Notes: generated by a model from the sequence alone, not told the origin. A stretch of 64,000 nucleotides of DNA from Patescibacteria group bacterium (GCA_022710645.1 JAKLGL010000002.1:212176-276175); one strand, 5' to 3'. Counted from the first letter of the stretch, positions 31,937 to 41,961 are shown. Numbers and translations: made by a program.

Positions 31937-32563
31937 TTATTTTCTGTGATAATTTTCACCAAAAATTCCGCCTTCAATCAATCTTTTGTCCGTTTCTTTA
32001 TTGATTTTTTTGATCTTTTTTTCCACAACAGGTTCATTTTGTGGCAATATTTCAATTGTGTTTTCCTCCGGTTTTTCCATCTCTTTTTGATGTTCTTTTT
32101 CCCATTCGTTCCAATCAAAGCTATCAATCGAACCTTCATAACCTATGCTTTCAAAATATTCTTCTATCAAAGAATCCGGGAGTTCCGGTCTTTCTTCCGG
32201 AGGAAAATAATGAACATTATTTTTCAAATATTCTCGCACTTTTGAAAACTTTATTTCATCACCGATAATTTTTTGCATGTCTTTTTCCCTTCTGTTACGC
32301 TCCATTCTCTCTCTCCTTTCTTCTCTTTTTCTTTCTTTTTCTTTCTCTATGTACTTCTCCGCCGCTTCACATGATTTGTAATAAATAAACCCCGACACTC
32401 TGTCAAATAACTTCTCTTCCTCCAAAGCTATTTCTCTAATTTCTTTCAAATATTTATCCCGGGTATCGGAAACACACTTTTTTAAATTTAATTTTTTGTC
32501 CTTGAGACATTGTTTGGCTACTTCTTCCGATATTTTTTTTATCAATTCAAATTTTTTACTCAT
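31937..32563 (-). CDS. Hypothetical highly charged (KE-rich) protein
   Basis: 208-aa ORF with an ERKREERRERMERNRREK segment. I recognise no domain. Confidence 0.45.
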   Translation of the reverse strand: MSKKFELIKKISEEVAKQCLKDKKLNLKKCVSDTRDKYLKEIREIALEEEKLFDRVSGFIYYKSCEAAEKYIEKEKERKREERRERMERNRREKDMQKIIGDEIKFSKVREYLKNNVHYFPPEERPELPDSLIEEYFESIGYEGSIDSFDWNEWEKEHQKEMEKPEENTIEILPQNEPVVEKKIKKINKETDKRLIEGGIFGENYHRK

Positions 32564-33273
32564 ATTTTTACTTTGCTTTTCAAATATTTTAATCTTTTAT
32601 TTTCTGCAAATCTCTCTATTGCATAACGCAACATGGTTCGCGGCATTTGTTTGTAATGTTTTTTCAAAAATTCTTCTTCCGTTTTTTCTCCGCAACGTTT
32701 ACCGACTTCGCGGAGCATCCAACCGACAGCTTTATGCATCAAATCATGTTTATCGTTCAAGAGTATTTGCGCTATTTCAAAAGTCAATCTGCTTTCGCCT
32801 TTTTTAATATAATGAAAAGTGGATAAAATCGCAATTCGACGCTCCCACAAATTTCTCGATTGCGCCAATTTAAACAACACTTTTTTATCTTTATTTTCCA
32901 AATAAGGTCCGATAATTTTTTCCGCGGTCAAGTCCACCAAATCCCAATTATTTATCCGCTTGGTATTTTTCAAATAGAATTTATAGATCTCCGTTTGTTC
33001 TGCGGGGGTAGCTTTGGGATATTTTAAAACCAAAATTAACAATGAGGACAAGCGCTCTTCATGATAAGGACTTTGGAGTAATTTCTGTAAATCCGATAAA
33101 TCCAAATCAACAAAGTTTTTTATTGTCATTCTGATATCCGGAACAACCACTCCCAAAAATTTATCCCCTTCTCCGTATTGTCCTGGTCCGGTCTTAAAAA
33201 AACGCGATAGAATCACGGCTTTTTCTTTACTCGCTTTTTTATTTAATTCTTTTTTTAACAATTTAATAGACAC
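32560..33273 (-). CDS. DNA alkylation repair enzyme (AlkD-like HEAT-repeat glycosylase family)
   Basis: The GWMLREVGKR motif and its size match the AlkC/AlkD family. Confidence 0.65.
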   Translation of the reverse strand: MSIKLLKKELNKKASKEKAVILSRFFKTGPGQYGEGDKFLGVVVPDIRMTIKNFVDLDLSDLQKLLQSPYHEERLSSLLILVLKYPKATPAEQTEIYKFYLKNTKRINNWDLVDLTAEKIIGPYLENKDKKVLFKLAQSRNLWERRIAILSTFHYIKKGESRLTFEIAQILLNDKHDLMHKAVGWMLREVGKRCGEKTEEEFLKKHYKQMPRTMLRYAIERFAENKRLKYLKSKVKI

Positions 33274-33280
33274 AAAAAAA

Positions 33281-33724
33281 TTATTCTTTTATTTTACATT
33301 TTTCTTTACTTGCCATATCGCTTAACAAACAAGGGTTGACATCACTACACTCACCCTCGTATTCGATTTCCACTTTAGCACATTTAGCTCCGCAAGAGTT
33401 ACCGTAAGTTTTACCATCAACACCACAAACCGGCGCGTATTCCATGGTACAAATACAATCTTCTGTGATTTTACCGGAAGAAGTGGAATTTAAGATATCA
33501 TTTTCAAAACTGCAAGGACCGTCATAACGTTTTGTCGCCCCCGATTGTTCCATAAAACATTCATTAACATAAGTAAAATCATCAACAGCGCAAACCGGGG
33601 CTTTTATGGGCGGACAATCTTTAATGTTTTTTGTCAGTTGACGAAAATAGGATAGGCTACTGCAATACGCGGTCAACCCGGCTAGCGTAGCCACTATTAA
33701 TAAAACTAAAATCTTTTTTATCAT
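33281..33724 (-). CDS. Secreted protein with two Kazal-type protease-inhibitor-like domains
   Basis: Signal peptide. Two CPxxxAPVCxxDxxTYxNxC...C and [25 protein letters not shown]...C modules. Confidence 0.6.
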   Translation of the reverse strand: MIKKILVLLIVATLAGLTAYCSSLSYFRQLTKNIKDCPPIKAPVCAVDDFTYVNECFMEQSGATKRYDGPCSFENDILNSTSSGKITEDCICTMEYAPVCGVDGKTYGNSCGAKCAKVEIEYEGECSDVNPCLLSDMASKEKCKIKE

Positions 33725-33880
33725 ATAGTAATGTTTAAACTACTCTGTTTATTGTATTACTTCATAAAGATTAAGTCAAAAAATAAATTTCACAAAAACG
33801 ATACTTATATTGACAATATGTCTTATTTTTGCTATACTTTTCCATTAGTTCCTTTAACAACTTTTTTTAGGAGTTTCTCC

Positions 33881-34423
33881 ATGAAAAAGCACAATTTCGA
33901 AAAGATCGCCTATGTCGTCGGGATTGTCACTTTTCTCGTCTATGCCTTTATTTATTTCTCTTTGGGTGTTTTGCCTAAAGGGAACTTTTTCGGCCATTTC
34001 ATTTACAGTCGCGGTTGGGATGTGTTTCTGTTGCCGTTATCCATTATCGTCTATGAATTTATCCTGAATTTCAGGTTGGTTCACGATGTGGATGATAGCT
34101 ACCAGGTGCACACGATAAAAGACTTCGTAAACACTTGGATTTGGGTACCGCAAAACATCGCTGCCGCCGGATTTTTTTTCGGAATATTGATGGGATTTTT
34201 CTACGGTTTCCTCAACGCTCTGATTTTGGTACTGACTGGCTACCTGATTATTCCGATAATCATGATGACAATGGTATTGTCGATAATCGGCATACTTTGT
34301 CTATTGATCATTGGAGGAGCAACTGTGGCTTTGGCTACTTATCCCTTATGGGAAAAGTATGTCAAGCAAGCTATCGAATCTTCATCGGAAAAAGACGAAG
34401 AAAAGATCATTATTCATCGATAA
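33881..34423 (+). CDS. Hypothetical polytopic membrane protein (only plus-strand gene in the window)
   Basis: The ggag motif precedes the ATG at 33881. The track ORF starts upstream at 33731 but lacks an RBS. It has several TM helices and is followed by a terminator. Confidence 0.5.
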   Translation: MKKHNFEKIAYVVGIVTFLVYAFIYFSLGVLPKGNFFGHFIYSRGWDVFLLPLSIIVYEFILNFRLVHDVDDSYQVHTIKDFVNTWIWVPQNIAAAGFFFGILMGFFYGFLNALILVLTGYLIIPIIMMTMVLSIIGILCLLIIGGATVALATYPLWEKYVKQAIESSSEKDEEKIIIHR

Positions 34424-34434
34424 ACTTTCACCAA

Positions 34435-34460
34435 CCTCGGATTTTCCGAGGTTTTTTTAT
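34435..34460 (+). terminator. Intrinsic terminator (CCTCGG-atttt-CCGAGG plus T7)
   Basis: Directly after the stop at 34423. Confidence 0.55.
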
Positions 34461-34462
34461 TC

Positions 34463-34503
34463 AAAAAAACAGTTCGTCTAATCTAAGGCGAACTGTTTTT
34501 CTT
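34463..34503 (-). terminator. Intrinsic terminator for dnaJ (ACAGTTCG...CGAACTGT)
   Basis: Convergent terminator pair between the plus-strand gene and dnaJ. Confidence 0.5.
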
Positions 34504-34505
34504 TT

Positions 34506-35606
34506 TTATAGTTCATTTTTTAAATCTTCCAATTTCTTTTTCAAATCTCTATTTATATGTTTCGGCACTCTGATTTTTATTTTAACATAATGATCACCTC
34601 TGCCTTTTTGTCTCAAATAAGGAATACCTTTTGCTTTAAGACGAATCATCTGCCCTGATTCTACACCTTCGGGAATCATAATTTTTTCCATACCATCAAG
34701 CGTTTCTATTTCCACTTTATCTCCCAAGACCGCTTGCGGAAATGAAATTTCACAATCGGTTAAAATATCATAACCGTCGCGAGAAAAATATTTATTCTTT
34801 TTGATGTGGGAATGAACATATAAATCTCCACTCACTCCGCCATAAGGAGAAGCTTCTCCGTATCCGGTTAAGCGAATAGATTCGCCATCGTTTATGCCAG
34901 CGGGTATTTTAACTTTAAAAACATTATTTTTTGTTACTACACCATCCCCGCCGCAATGTTTACATTTCGTATTCGGCTTTTGTCCTTGTCCGTGGCAATC
35001 CGGACAAACCACCGCTTGTTGTATAGTGCCAAAAATCGTACGTTGATTATGTAATACCTGGCCATGTCCGCCGCAAGTGGCACATTTTTCCAACTTACTT
35101 CCCGGTTCTGCTCCGTTTCCATTACAAACATCGCAAACGGTTTTCTTGCGTAAATTTAATTCTTTTTCTATGCCAAACGCCGCTTCTTTAAAATCCAATT
35201 CTACATCGACTTCTATATCTCTTCCGCGAGCTCTGCCGCCCCGGCCACGGGATCCGCTACCAAAACCAAATAGATCTCCGAAAATATCTCCAAAATCGTT
35301 TCCACCGAAATTGAAATTAAAATCCCCGCCACCTTGACCGCGCGCCGCGCGCATAAAATCTTCCCAGCCCATACCACCACCAAACCCGCCTTGTTGTTCA
35401 AAATCAGCTCCAAATTGATCGTACTGTTTACGTTTTTGTTCATTTCCTAAGACTTGATAAGCTTCATTTGCTTCTTTGAATTTAACTTCATCACCACCCT
35501 GTTTATCAGGGTGGTATTGATGAGCCATTTTTTGAAAAGCTTTGCGAATTTCATCCTGGCTGGCGTTTTTATTTACGCCGAGTATTTTGTAATAGTCTTT
35601 TCCCAT
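34506..35606 (-). CDS. dnaJ: Chaperone DnaJ
   Basis: J-domain HPD motif (YHPDK), G/F region, four CxxCxGxG zinc-finger repeats. Confidence 0.9.
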   Translation of the reverse strand: MGKDYYKILGVNKNASQDEIRKAFQKMAHQYHPDKQGGDEVKFKEANEAYQVLGNEQKRKQYDQFGADFEQQGGFGGGMGWEDFMRAARGQGGGDFNFNFGGNDFGDIFGDLFGFGSGSRGRGGRARGRDIEVDVELDFKEAAFGIEKELNLRKKTVCDVCNGNGAEPGSKLEKCATCGGHGQVLHNQRTIFGTIQQAVVCPDCHGQGQKPNTKCKHCGGDGVVTKNNVFKVKIPAGINDGESIRLTGYGEASPYGGVSGDLYVHSHIKKNKYFSRDGYDILTDCEISFPQAVLGDKVEIETLDGMEKIMIPEGVESGQMIRLKAKGIPYLRQKGRGDHYVKIKIRVPKHINRDLKKKLEDLKNEL

Positions 35607-35608
35607 AA

Positions 35609-37504
35609 TTATTTAACCACTTCCCCTTCTATAGGACCTTGGTCATCTTTCTTTTCTTCAGTTTTATTTTCCGCGCCCGGTTGTTGTGCTTGTTGATTCT
35701 GTTGATATAATTTTGCGCCGACAGCTTGAGCATCTTTACTCAAAGCATCAGCTGCTTTTTTGATAGCTTCCACATCGTCTTTATCTTTCACGTCTTTAAG
35801 CGCTTTAACACCATCTTCCACTTTTTTCTTTTCTTCTTCGGAAATAGCTATTTTTTTCTCTTCAATTTCTTTCATCATTTTTTCCGTAGTATAAATCATG
35901 GTATCGGCAATATTACGAGCTTCAATCAATTCTTGTTTTTTCTTATCTTCATCAGCATGGGCTTCAGCCTCTTTTTTCATTTTTTCAATTTCATCTTTAC
36001 TCAAACCTGAAGATGATTCAATACGCACTGATTGCTCTTTGCCTGTGCCTTTATCTTTGGCTTTAACATTGAGAATACCGTTGGCATCAATATCAAAATG
36101 CACTTCGATTTGCGGTACACCGCGAGGAGCCATCGGAATTCCATCAAGCATAAATCTGCCCAATGTTTTATTATCTCCCGCCATCGGACGTTCACCTTGC
36201 AAAATATGAATTTCAACACTCGGTTGATTATCAGCAGCTGTCGAAAACACTTGAGATTTGGAAGTCGGAATAGTTGTATTGCGTTCAATTAATTTTGTCA
36301 TTACTCCACCCATGGTTTCAATACCCAAAGATAACGGAGTAACATCAAGCAATAAAACATCTTTGACATCTCCTTGTAAAACACCGCCTTGCACTGCAGC
36401 ACCAGCTGCCACCACTTCGTCCGGATTAACGGTAATATTCGGTTTTTTACCGAAAAATTTTTCCACTACAGACAAAACTAACGGCATGCGAGTCATACCG
36501 CCAACCATCACAACTTCATGTAAATCATTGGTTGATAATTTTGCATCTTCAAGAGCTTTTTTAACCGGAATCAAAGTTTTTTGTATCAAATCTCCAACCA
36601 ATTCTTCCAATTTAGCGCGAGTCAATTTCATCACCAAGTGTTTCGGACCGGTAGCGTCAGATGTGATAAACGGTTGATTGATTTCACTTTCTTGCGCAGT
36701 GGATAACTCTATTTTTGCTTTTTCCGCAGCTTCTTTGATACGTTGCAATGCCAAAGTGTCTTTACTTAAATCTATACCTTGATCTTTCTTAAATTCATCC
36801 AAAATCCAATTGATAATCACTTGATCAAAATCATCTCCACCTAAATGAGTATCGCCATTGGTAGAAAGTACTTGCACAGTATCAGCGGAAACATCCAAAA
36901 TAGAGATATCAAAAGTACCGCCACCTAAATCGTAAACTGCAATTTTTTGATCTTTCTTTTTATCAAAACCATAAGCCAAAGCAGCTGCAGTAGGTTCGTT
37001 GATAATACGCAAAACTTTCAAGCCCGCAATTTCACCCGCGTCTTTGGTAGCCTGGCGTTGAGAATCATCAAAATAAGCTGGCACAGTAATAACCGCTTCA
37101 GAGATTTTTTCACCCAATCTTTCTTCCGCATCAGCTTTCATTTTTTGTAAAACCATAGCAGAAATTTCTTGCGGAGAATATTCTTTTCCTTGCATCAAAA
37201 CTTTTACCGCTTCGCCGGATTGCACAATTTTGTAAGGCATTAATTTCAAATCGCGTTGCACTTCTTCGTCACTATAACGACGACCAATAAGACGTTTGAT
37301 TGAATATAATGTATTTTCCGGATTGGTCACGGCTTGACGTTTGGCCAATTGTCCGACCAATCTTTCACCTGTTTTAGAAATCGCAACGATAGAAGGAGTT
37401 GTGCGGTTTCCCTCTTTATTTTCTAAAACTTTTGGCTGACCACCTTCGATAATGGCCATACAACTATTTGTTGTACCCAAATCAATTCCTAATACTTTAC
37501 CCAT
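35609..37504 (-). CDS. dnaK: Chaperone DnaK (Hsp70)
   Basis: [18 protein letters not shown] and other Hsp70 signatures. Confidence 0.95.
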   Translation of the reverse strand: MGKVLGIDLGTTNSCMAIIEGGQPKVLENKEGNRTTPSIVAISKTGERLVGQLAKRQAVTNPENTLYSIKRLIGRRYSDEEVQRDLKLMPYKIVQSGEAVKVLMQGKEYSPQEISAMVLQKMKADAEERLGEKISEAVITVPAYFDDSQRQATKDAGEIAGLKVLRIINEPTAAALAYGFDKKKDQKIAVYDLGGGTFDISILDVSADTVQVLSTNGDTHLGGDDFDQVIINWILDEFKKDQGIDLSKDTLALQRIKEAAEKAKIELSTAQESEINQPFITSDATGPKHLVMKLTRAKLEELVGDLIQKTLIPVKKALEDAKLSTNDLHEVVMVGGMTRMPLVLSVVEKFFGKKPNITVNPDEVVAAGAAVQGGVLQGDVKDVLLLDVTPLSLGIETMGGVMTKLIERNTTIPTSKSQVFSTAADNQPSVEIHILQGERPMAGDNKTLGRFMLDGIPMAPRGVPQIEVHFDIDANGILNVKAKDKGTGKEQSVRIESSSGLSKDEIEKMKKEAEAHADEDKKKQELIEARNIADTMIYTTEKMMKEIEEKKIAISEEEKKKVEDGVKALKDVKDKDDVEAIKKAADALSKDAQAVGAKLYQQNQQAQQPGAENKTEEKKDDQGPIEGEVVK

Positions 37505-37531
37505 ATGTGTATAAATTAAGTTTATTAATTA

Positions 37532-38107
37532 TTATTTATTAATTATTACCTTAGCTACTTTGATAATTCTATCTTTAGTTTTGTACCCTCCGTCAACTTC
37601 TTTTAAAATAATATGCGATTCTATTCCTTCTTGTTCTTCTTCACTTACAGCTTCGTGAATTTGCGGATCGAATTTCTCACCCACGGTTTTTATTTCTTCC
37701 ACTCCGTGATTTTTCAAAATATCACCAAATTGTTTCATAATGTATCCGATGCCGTCTATCCAATTTTTGAAAGCTTTGTGTTCCTCATTATCGGTATTTA
37801 CTTCCGGATGATGATAAAAAGCTTTTTTGAAATTTTCATAAACCGGAATAAAGTCTTCCAATATTTGTATTTCACTCATTTGCACCCATTCACTGCGACG
37901 AGTAGATATTTCATTTTGTAAATTCTTGTAATCTGCGAGAGCTCTCTGCCAACCGGCTTTGTATTCATCGGATTCCATTTTGTGTTTTTCACAATCTTTA
38001 CAAACATTTTTACCAAAAAAACTTTTTTTTGGTTTTTCTTCTTCTGTCTTTTCTTTTTCATCTTTTTCTGTTTCTTCTTGATTATTATTTTTTTGTTCTT
38101 CACTCAT
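37532..38107 (-). CDS. grpE: Nucleotide exchange factor GrpE
   Basis: C-terminal GrpE beta-domain ...DPQIHEAV... Confidence 0.8.
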   Translation of the reverse strand: MSEEQKNNNQEETEKDEKEKTEEEKPKKSFFGKNVCKDCEKHKMESDEYKAGWQRALADYKNLQNEISTRRSEWVQMSEIQILEDFIPVYENFKKAFYHHPEVNTDNEEHKAFKNWIDGIGYIMKQFGDILKNHGVEEIKTVGEKFDPQIHEAVSEEEQEGIESHIILKEVDGGYKTKDRIIKVAKVIINK

Positions 38108-38108
38108 A

Positions 38109-38831
38109 TTATAAACTATTTAATATTTCACTAATTTTTTGTATCAAAGCGTAATTTCTTTTGTAATCCATTCTATTTAAACCTACCATCATCAACATGT
38201 CCGATTTATCTTTACGCACACGAGTGGCCAAAACGCTCAAATCTTCCCCAAATGGTTGTTCCGTACCAAGAAAAAATCGAGGGTCGTCCATAATCATAGT
38301 TTCAAAATCATCCAAATATTCTTCACAATTATCAAAAACACTAGAAATATTCACTATCAATTCCGGTTCTGTAAATTCTTTTTTTCCAAACAGGTTTGAG
38401 AGTCCGGTATAATAAACTTTGTCCGGGCCATATGCGTAAATAATAGCTTCTCCGCTGATTTGCGCCAAACCCTTGGCCAAAGTTCTTACCCCAGTTTCAA
38501 AATCCTGTTTTTCACCGGTCAAAATTTCTTCAACTTTTTTTTCATCTTTACCACTGATTTTTACGCCACCCAAATTCATAGTATTGATATAATGACGATA
38601 ACCGGCGGCAGTCGGTACTCTACCGGCACTGGTATGAGGATGGGTCAAATATCCGATTTCTTCCAATGCTCTCAAATCATTGCGAACAGTTGCTTCACTC
38701 CAATCAAGTCCTTCTTGTTTAACCAAAAACTTTGAACCAACCGGTTGAGCTGTTTCTATGTGGGTTTCTACCACCAGTCTAAAAAGTTTTTCCTGGCGTT
38801 CGTTTAATTTTTTTTCTTTGCCTTTGGGCAT
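38109..38831 (-). CDS. hrcA: Heat-inducible transcription repressor HrcA (short, 240 aa)
   Basis: N-terminal winged helix LNERQEKLFRLVVETHIETAQPVGSKFL...TVRNDLRALEEIGYLTHPHTSAGRVPT. Confidence 0.75.
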   Translation of the reverse strand: MPKGKEKKLNERQEKLFRLVVETHIETAQPVGSKFLVKQEGLDWSEATVRNDLRALEEIGYLTHPHTSAGRVPTAAGYRHYINTMNLGGVKISGKDEKKVEEILTGEKQDFETGVRTLAKGLAQISGEAIIYAYGPDKVYYTGLSNLFGKKEFTEPELIVNISSVFDNCEEYLDDFETMIMDDPRFFLGTEQPFGEDLSVLATRVRKDKSDMLMMVGLNRMDYKRNYALIQKISEILNSL

Positions 38832-38838
38832 AATAAAA

Positions 38839-38865
38839 TTATCACTCTATATTCTTGAGTGATAA
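38839..38865 (-). promoter_or_regulatory. CIRCE-like operator TTATCACTC-N9-GAGTGATAA
   Basis: Perfect 9-bp inverted repeat with a 9-nt spacer between the -10 and the hrcA ATG. It is a variant of the consensus TTAGCACTC-N9-GAGTGCTAA. Confidence 0.7.
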
Positions 38866-38892
38866 TATAACATACGAAAAAGCAAGCGTCAA
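38864..38892 (-). promoter_or_regulatory. Sigma70-like promoter TTGACG-17-TATATT for the hrcA-grpE-dnaK-dnaJ operon
   Basis: The reverse strand reads cTTGACGcttgctttttcgtatgtTATATTatcactc. The -10 overlaps the CIRCE left arm by 2 nt. Confidence 0.5.
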
Positions 38893-38956
38893 GAGCCTAA
38901 TTTTGGCTAAAAATAAATTAAAAAAGATTATCTTAAAACTTATCCACAACAAAAAA

Positions 38957-38990
38957 CCACTCTTAATTTAAGAGTGGTTTTTATCTTTTA
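38957..38990 (-). terminator. Intrinsic terminator (CCACTCTT-aattt-AAGAGTGG)
   Basis: Flanked by A and T runs, after the SPFH gene stop. Confidence 0.5.
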
Positions 38991-38996
38991 TTTTTT

Positions 38997-39581
38997 TTAT
39001 TTAACAGTTGTTTGACTAATCATGGAAATTTCCGACAATAACACATTTTCCACATAAATTCCGCGCGTATAAAATATCTTTTCCAATTCGTTTTTTAATT
39101 CTGTTTCCACAATATCGCGCTTACTGCCGATAATATCAGGAAAATCAAACCGAGAAAAAACCATGCGCACACGTGAACGAATCGTCGGGCGAACAATTTT
39201 AGCTACAAAATCTTCACCGATAGTTTGCCAAAGAGACGGTATTTGTTGCACATCCAAGCGTAACAATATAGTCCCCTCTACTCCCACTCTTTTTCCGTCT
39301 TGCGCCACCGCAGCTATCGGGATATCCCCCATCGCGCGTTCGTTTTCCGGATTAAACTGACGAGAAATACTATATTCCAAAGTTTGAGTATTAAAAAGTT
39401 TGGCTTTTTGCCAAAAAGGAATTTTCAAATGTAACCCCGGAGTTAATACTTTTTTGAGCACTCCGTGACCCATGTCGTAAACACAGGCAACATAACCCGG
39501 TGGAACATAAATAAAAAAACCTTTAAGCACATCCTCCATTACGAAGGAATACATTAATTTGTCGAGTGAATCTCCAGCCAT
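38997..39581 (-). CDS. SPFH/Band-7 (prohibitin-like) domain protein
   Basis: VLTPGLHLKIPFWQ...TRxQ-type SPFH core. Confidence 0.55.
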   Translation of the reverse strand: MAGDSLDKLMYSFVMEDVLKGFFIYVPPGYVACVYDMGHGVLKKVLTPGLHLKIPFWQKAKLFNTQTLEYSISRQFNPENERAMGDIPIAAVAQDGKRVGVEGTILLRLDVQQIPSLWQTIGEDFVAKIVRPTIRSRVRMVFSRFDFPDIIGSKRDIVETELKNELEKIFYTRGIYVENVLLSEISMISQTTVK

Positions 39582-39592
39582 ATTTTGCTAAT

Positions 39593-40297
39593 TTAAGCCG
39601 TTTTTCCATCTTTTTTAACCGGGAAAAACGTAATTCTTATTAATCTAAGTATATCAGAAAACATCATAGAAGTCAAAATAAACAAGGATTTGACCATAGG
39701 AAGAGAATAAAGAAAAAGAAAAACAAAAGCCGGAAAAAGAAAAAGGAAATAAAGTTCGGATTTATCCATATCTTTACGTCCGAATTCTTCTATAAAAATA
39801 GAGATAAATAAATACAGGGCGCAAATTCCCGGCCAAATCCAATCATGGGTTCTGCTGATGTTAAAACCATAAAAATCAATATTTACTTTACCTACAAGAT
39901 TATTTCCTTCATATAAAACATTAACCGTTCTGTCCCCCATCATACCACCGACAAAAACTTGATAAAGCAAGAAAAAGACCAAACCTTGAATAAGTAGAGA
40001 AGTAACCTTGGCCCAGGGAGAAACTCTGTATAATTTTATTATTCTTCGCGCTTCTTCTTTTTGCGCCACTGGATCATTTTTGAAAGCACGAGCTGCGGTA
40101 AACGCTTCCATTTCCACTTTTTTTTGACGATTAACATCTCGTTCGGAAATTATAGATAACGGCAATAACAAAAGTCGAAGCATTACTGTCATAGTTATAA
40201 CCGCATAACCCATATTACCGGCCGTCAGATTGTTATAAATCCAAACCAACAAATTAAAAACCGGCTGATACAATAGAGAAAACCAAAAATCAGGCAT
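39593..40297 (-). CDS. yidC: YidC/Oxa1-family membrane protein insertase (short form)
   Basis: 234 aa with multiple TM helices. It has the conserved charged loop and the LLYQVF...GGM region. Confidence 0.7.
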   Translation of the reverse strand: MPDFWFSLLYQPVFNLLVWIYNNLTAGNMGYAVITMTVMLRLLLLPLSIISERDVNRQKKVEMEAFTAARAFKNDPVAQKEEARRIIKLYRVSPWAKVTSLLIQGLVFFLLYQVFVGGMMGDRTVNVLYEGNNLVGKVNIDFYGFNISRTHDWIWPGICALYLFISIFIEEFGRKDMDKSELYFLFLFPAFVFLFLYSLPMVKSLFILTSMMFSDILRLIRITFFPVKKDGKTA

Positions 40298-40366
40298 AGG
40301 ACGTGTGAGTTATAAAGTTTATAAAGTTAAAAATTATAAAGTTAGAATTTTAATTATTTTTTGTTT

Positions 40367-40442
40367 GTCATTCTGAGCAAAGCGAAGAATCTGTAATAAG
40401 CTGTGTTTTTTCTTGCAGATCCTTCACTGCGTTCAGGATGAC
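40367..40442. repeat. Imperfect inverted repeat (27-nt arms, 21/27 matches, 22-nt spacer): gtcattctgagcaaagcgaagaatctg ... cagatccttcactgcgttcaggatgac
   Basis: Arms are 40367-40393 and 40416-40442, in the intergenic region upstream of yidC. Confidence 0.5.
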
Positions 40443-40478
40443 AATCAACACAAAAAAACTTTATGAACTTTACAAACT

Positions 40479-41171
40479 TTATAACTTTACGAACTCCATT
40501 ATATAATTCTTAATTTCCAATTGTTCTTCCAAACTATTTTCCAATTCAATCGCCATGTATTCCGGAAAAAAATCTTTTGGATAATTTTTCAAATAATCCA
40601 TTTCCGACAAATTTTCCAAAGTATGAAAATCGTAACGCATTTCTTCGGGTTTTTCTATATCTCTACGTTGTTCTTTTTTGATAGCACTTAAATGAGCGCA
40701 ACCGATTTTATGATTTTTGATCATTCTGATAGATTGTTCGTAGCGATCTGGAAAAAGTAATCTGTCATTTTCAAGGTGTGAAAAATCTATACAAATACCG
40801 GCATATTCATTCAATTCATCTTCTGGAAAACCTAAATGAGTATTTTCCAAAAAAATAAATTCTTTTTTGTATGTATCCCAAGAACTTTTTAGAGGATACA
40901 ACCTCTCGGAATGCGTATTAAAAACTTTGGTATTATAATTTTGGCGAAGCCATTCTATTTCCGCTTCTTCAATATCATTGCGTAAATGAACAAACGGTAT
41001 TTCTTTTAAACCTGTTTGTTTCAACATTTTATAAAGTTCTTCTCTCTCTTCTCGTTTTAAACAAGTTGGAAAAAGAGCGATTTCTTTCAAACCCAATTTA
41101 TCTATTTCTTTTATTTTTTCTTTCCAATTTGAACCAAAAGTAGTCGTAATTGTCGGCAAAATATGTTTCAT
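40479..41171 (-). CDS. Hypothetical protein, possibly a xylose-isomerase-like TIM-barrel (sugar phosphate isomerase/epimerase) family member
   Basis: ICIDFSHL resembles the cLDtGHa motif of that fold. The assignment is weak. Confidence 0.35.
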   Translation of the reverse strand: MKHILPTITTTFGSNWKEKIKEIDKLGLKEIALFPTCLKREEREELYKMLKQTGLKEIPFVHLRNDIEEAEIEWLRQNYNTKVFNTHSERLYPLKSSWDTYKKEFIFLENTHLGFPEDELNEYAGICIDFSHLENDRLLFPDRYEQSIRMIKNHKIGCAHLSAIKKEQRRDIEKPEEMRYDFHTLENLSEMDYLKNYPKDFFPEYMAIELENSLEEQLEIKNYIMEFVKL

Positions 41172-41173
41172 AG

Positions 41174-41956
41174 TTATTTCTCTAAGACAGTCACACTTTT
41201 CACAATAACCGGATTTATCGGAGTTGAATTTTCGCCAAAAGCGTTTTTTGTCACCGGAGCTTCCGCAATTTTATCTACAATATCCAAACCTTTTATCACT
41301 TTCCCGAAGATAACATAATTTTGAGGAAGCGGATAATCGCGATGCATGATAAAAAATTGAGAACCATTGGTATTCGGACCGGAATTGGCCATTGCGATAG
41401 TACCACGAGAATACTCTCCGTTAAATTTTTCATCATCAAATTTATACCCCGGACCACCGGTTCCATCACCGTTTGGATCACCGCCCTGAATCATAAAACC
41501 GTCGATAACGCGATGAAAAATAGTATTATTATAAAATTTATTTTTTGCCAAATAAACAAAATTGTTTACCGTAACAGGAGTGGTGGAAGCGGACAATACT
41601 ATTTCTATATCCCCCTCACTGGTACTTAAGATAGCTGTATATTGTTTTGTTTTATCTATTTGCATTGAAGGTTTTGATAAATTCATAATTTTTTTTGTAG
41701 TTGTAGGTTTAGTTAATTCTTCATTTTGTTTTGTCGATGGCTCTATCATCTGTTGTTCTTCCGCTAATTGCGACGAAGTGTCTGTTTTTTGACCCAAGCT
41801 TTCTATTTTTTCTTTCAAAATTTTATCACTGTCTTTAAAATCATCCATAGTAATTTCTTCTTTCCCGTTTGGTTCATAACTTCCAGCCATCAAATTACAG
41901 CCGGTCAAAAACATTATGCTAAAAATAAACAAAATAAACACTGTTATTTTTCGCAT
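41174..41956 (-). CDS. ppiB: Cyclophilin-type peptidyl-prolyl cis-trans isomerase, lipoprotein
   Basis: LTGC lipobox. HRVIDGFMIQGGDP...FFIM cyclophilin motifs. Confidence 0.85.
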   Translation of the reverse strand: MRKITVFILFIFSIMFLTGCNLMAGSYEPNGKEEITMDDFKDSDKILKEKIESLGQKTDTSSQLAEEQQMIEPSTKQNEELTKPTTTKKIMNLSKPSMQIDKTKQYTAILSTSEGDIEIVLSASTTPVTVNNFVYLAKNKFYNNTIFHRVIDGFMIQGGDPNGDGTGGPGYKFDDEKFNGEYSRGTIAMANSGPNTNGSQFFIMHRDYPLPQNYVIFGKVIKGLDIVDKIAEAPVTKNAFGENSTPINPVIVKSVTVLEK

Positions 41957-41961
41957 AAAAA

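Noticed and set aside
33731-33880. Upstream extension of the plus-strand membrane-protein ORF (track start 33731)
   Set aside because: The extension runs through the divergent promoter region and has no RBS. The ATG at 33881 is preceded by a ggag motif.
34135-34590. 151-aa plus-strand ORF overlapping the membrane-protein gene and the dnaJ 3' end
   Set aside because: It overlaps two well-supported genes and two terminators, and its low-complexity translation indicates a spurious frame.
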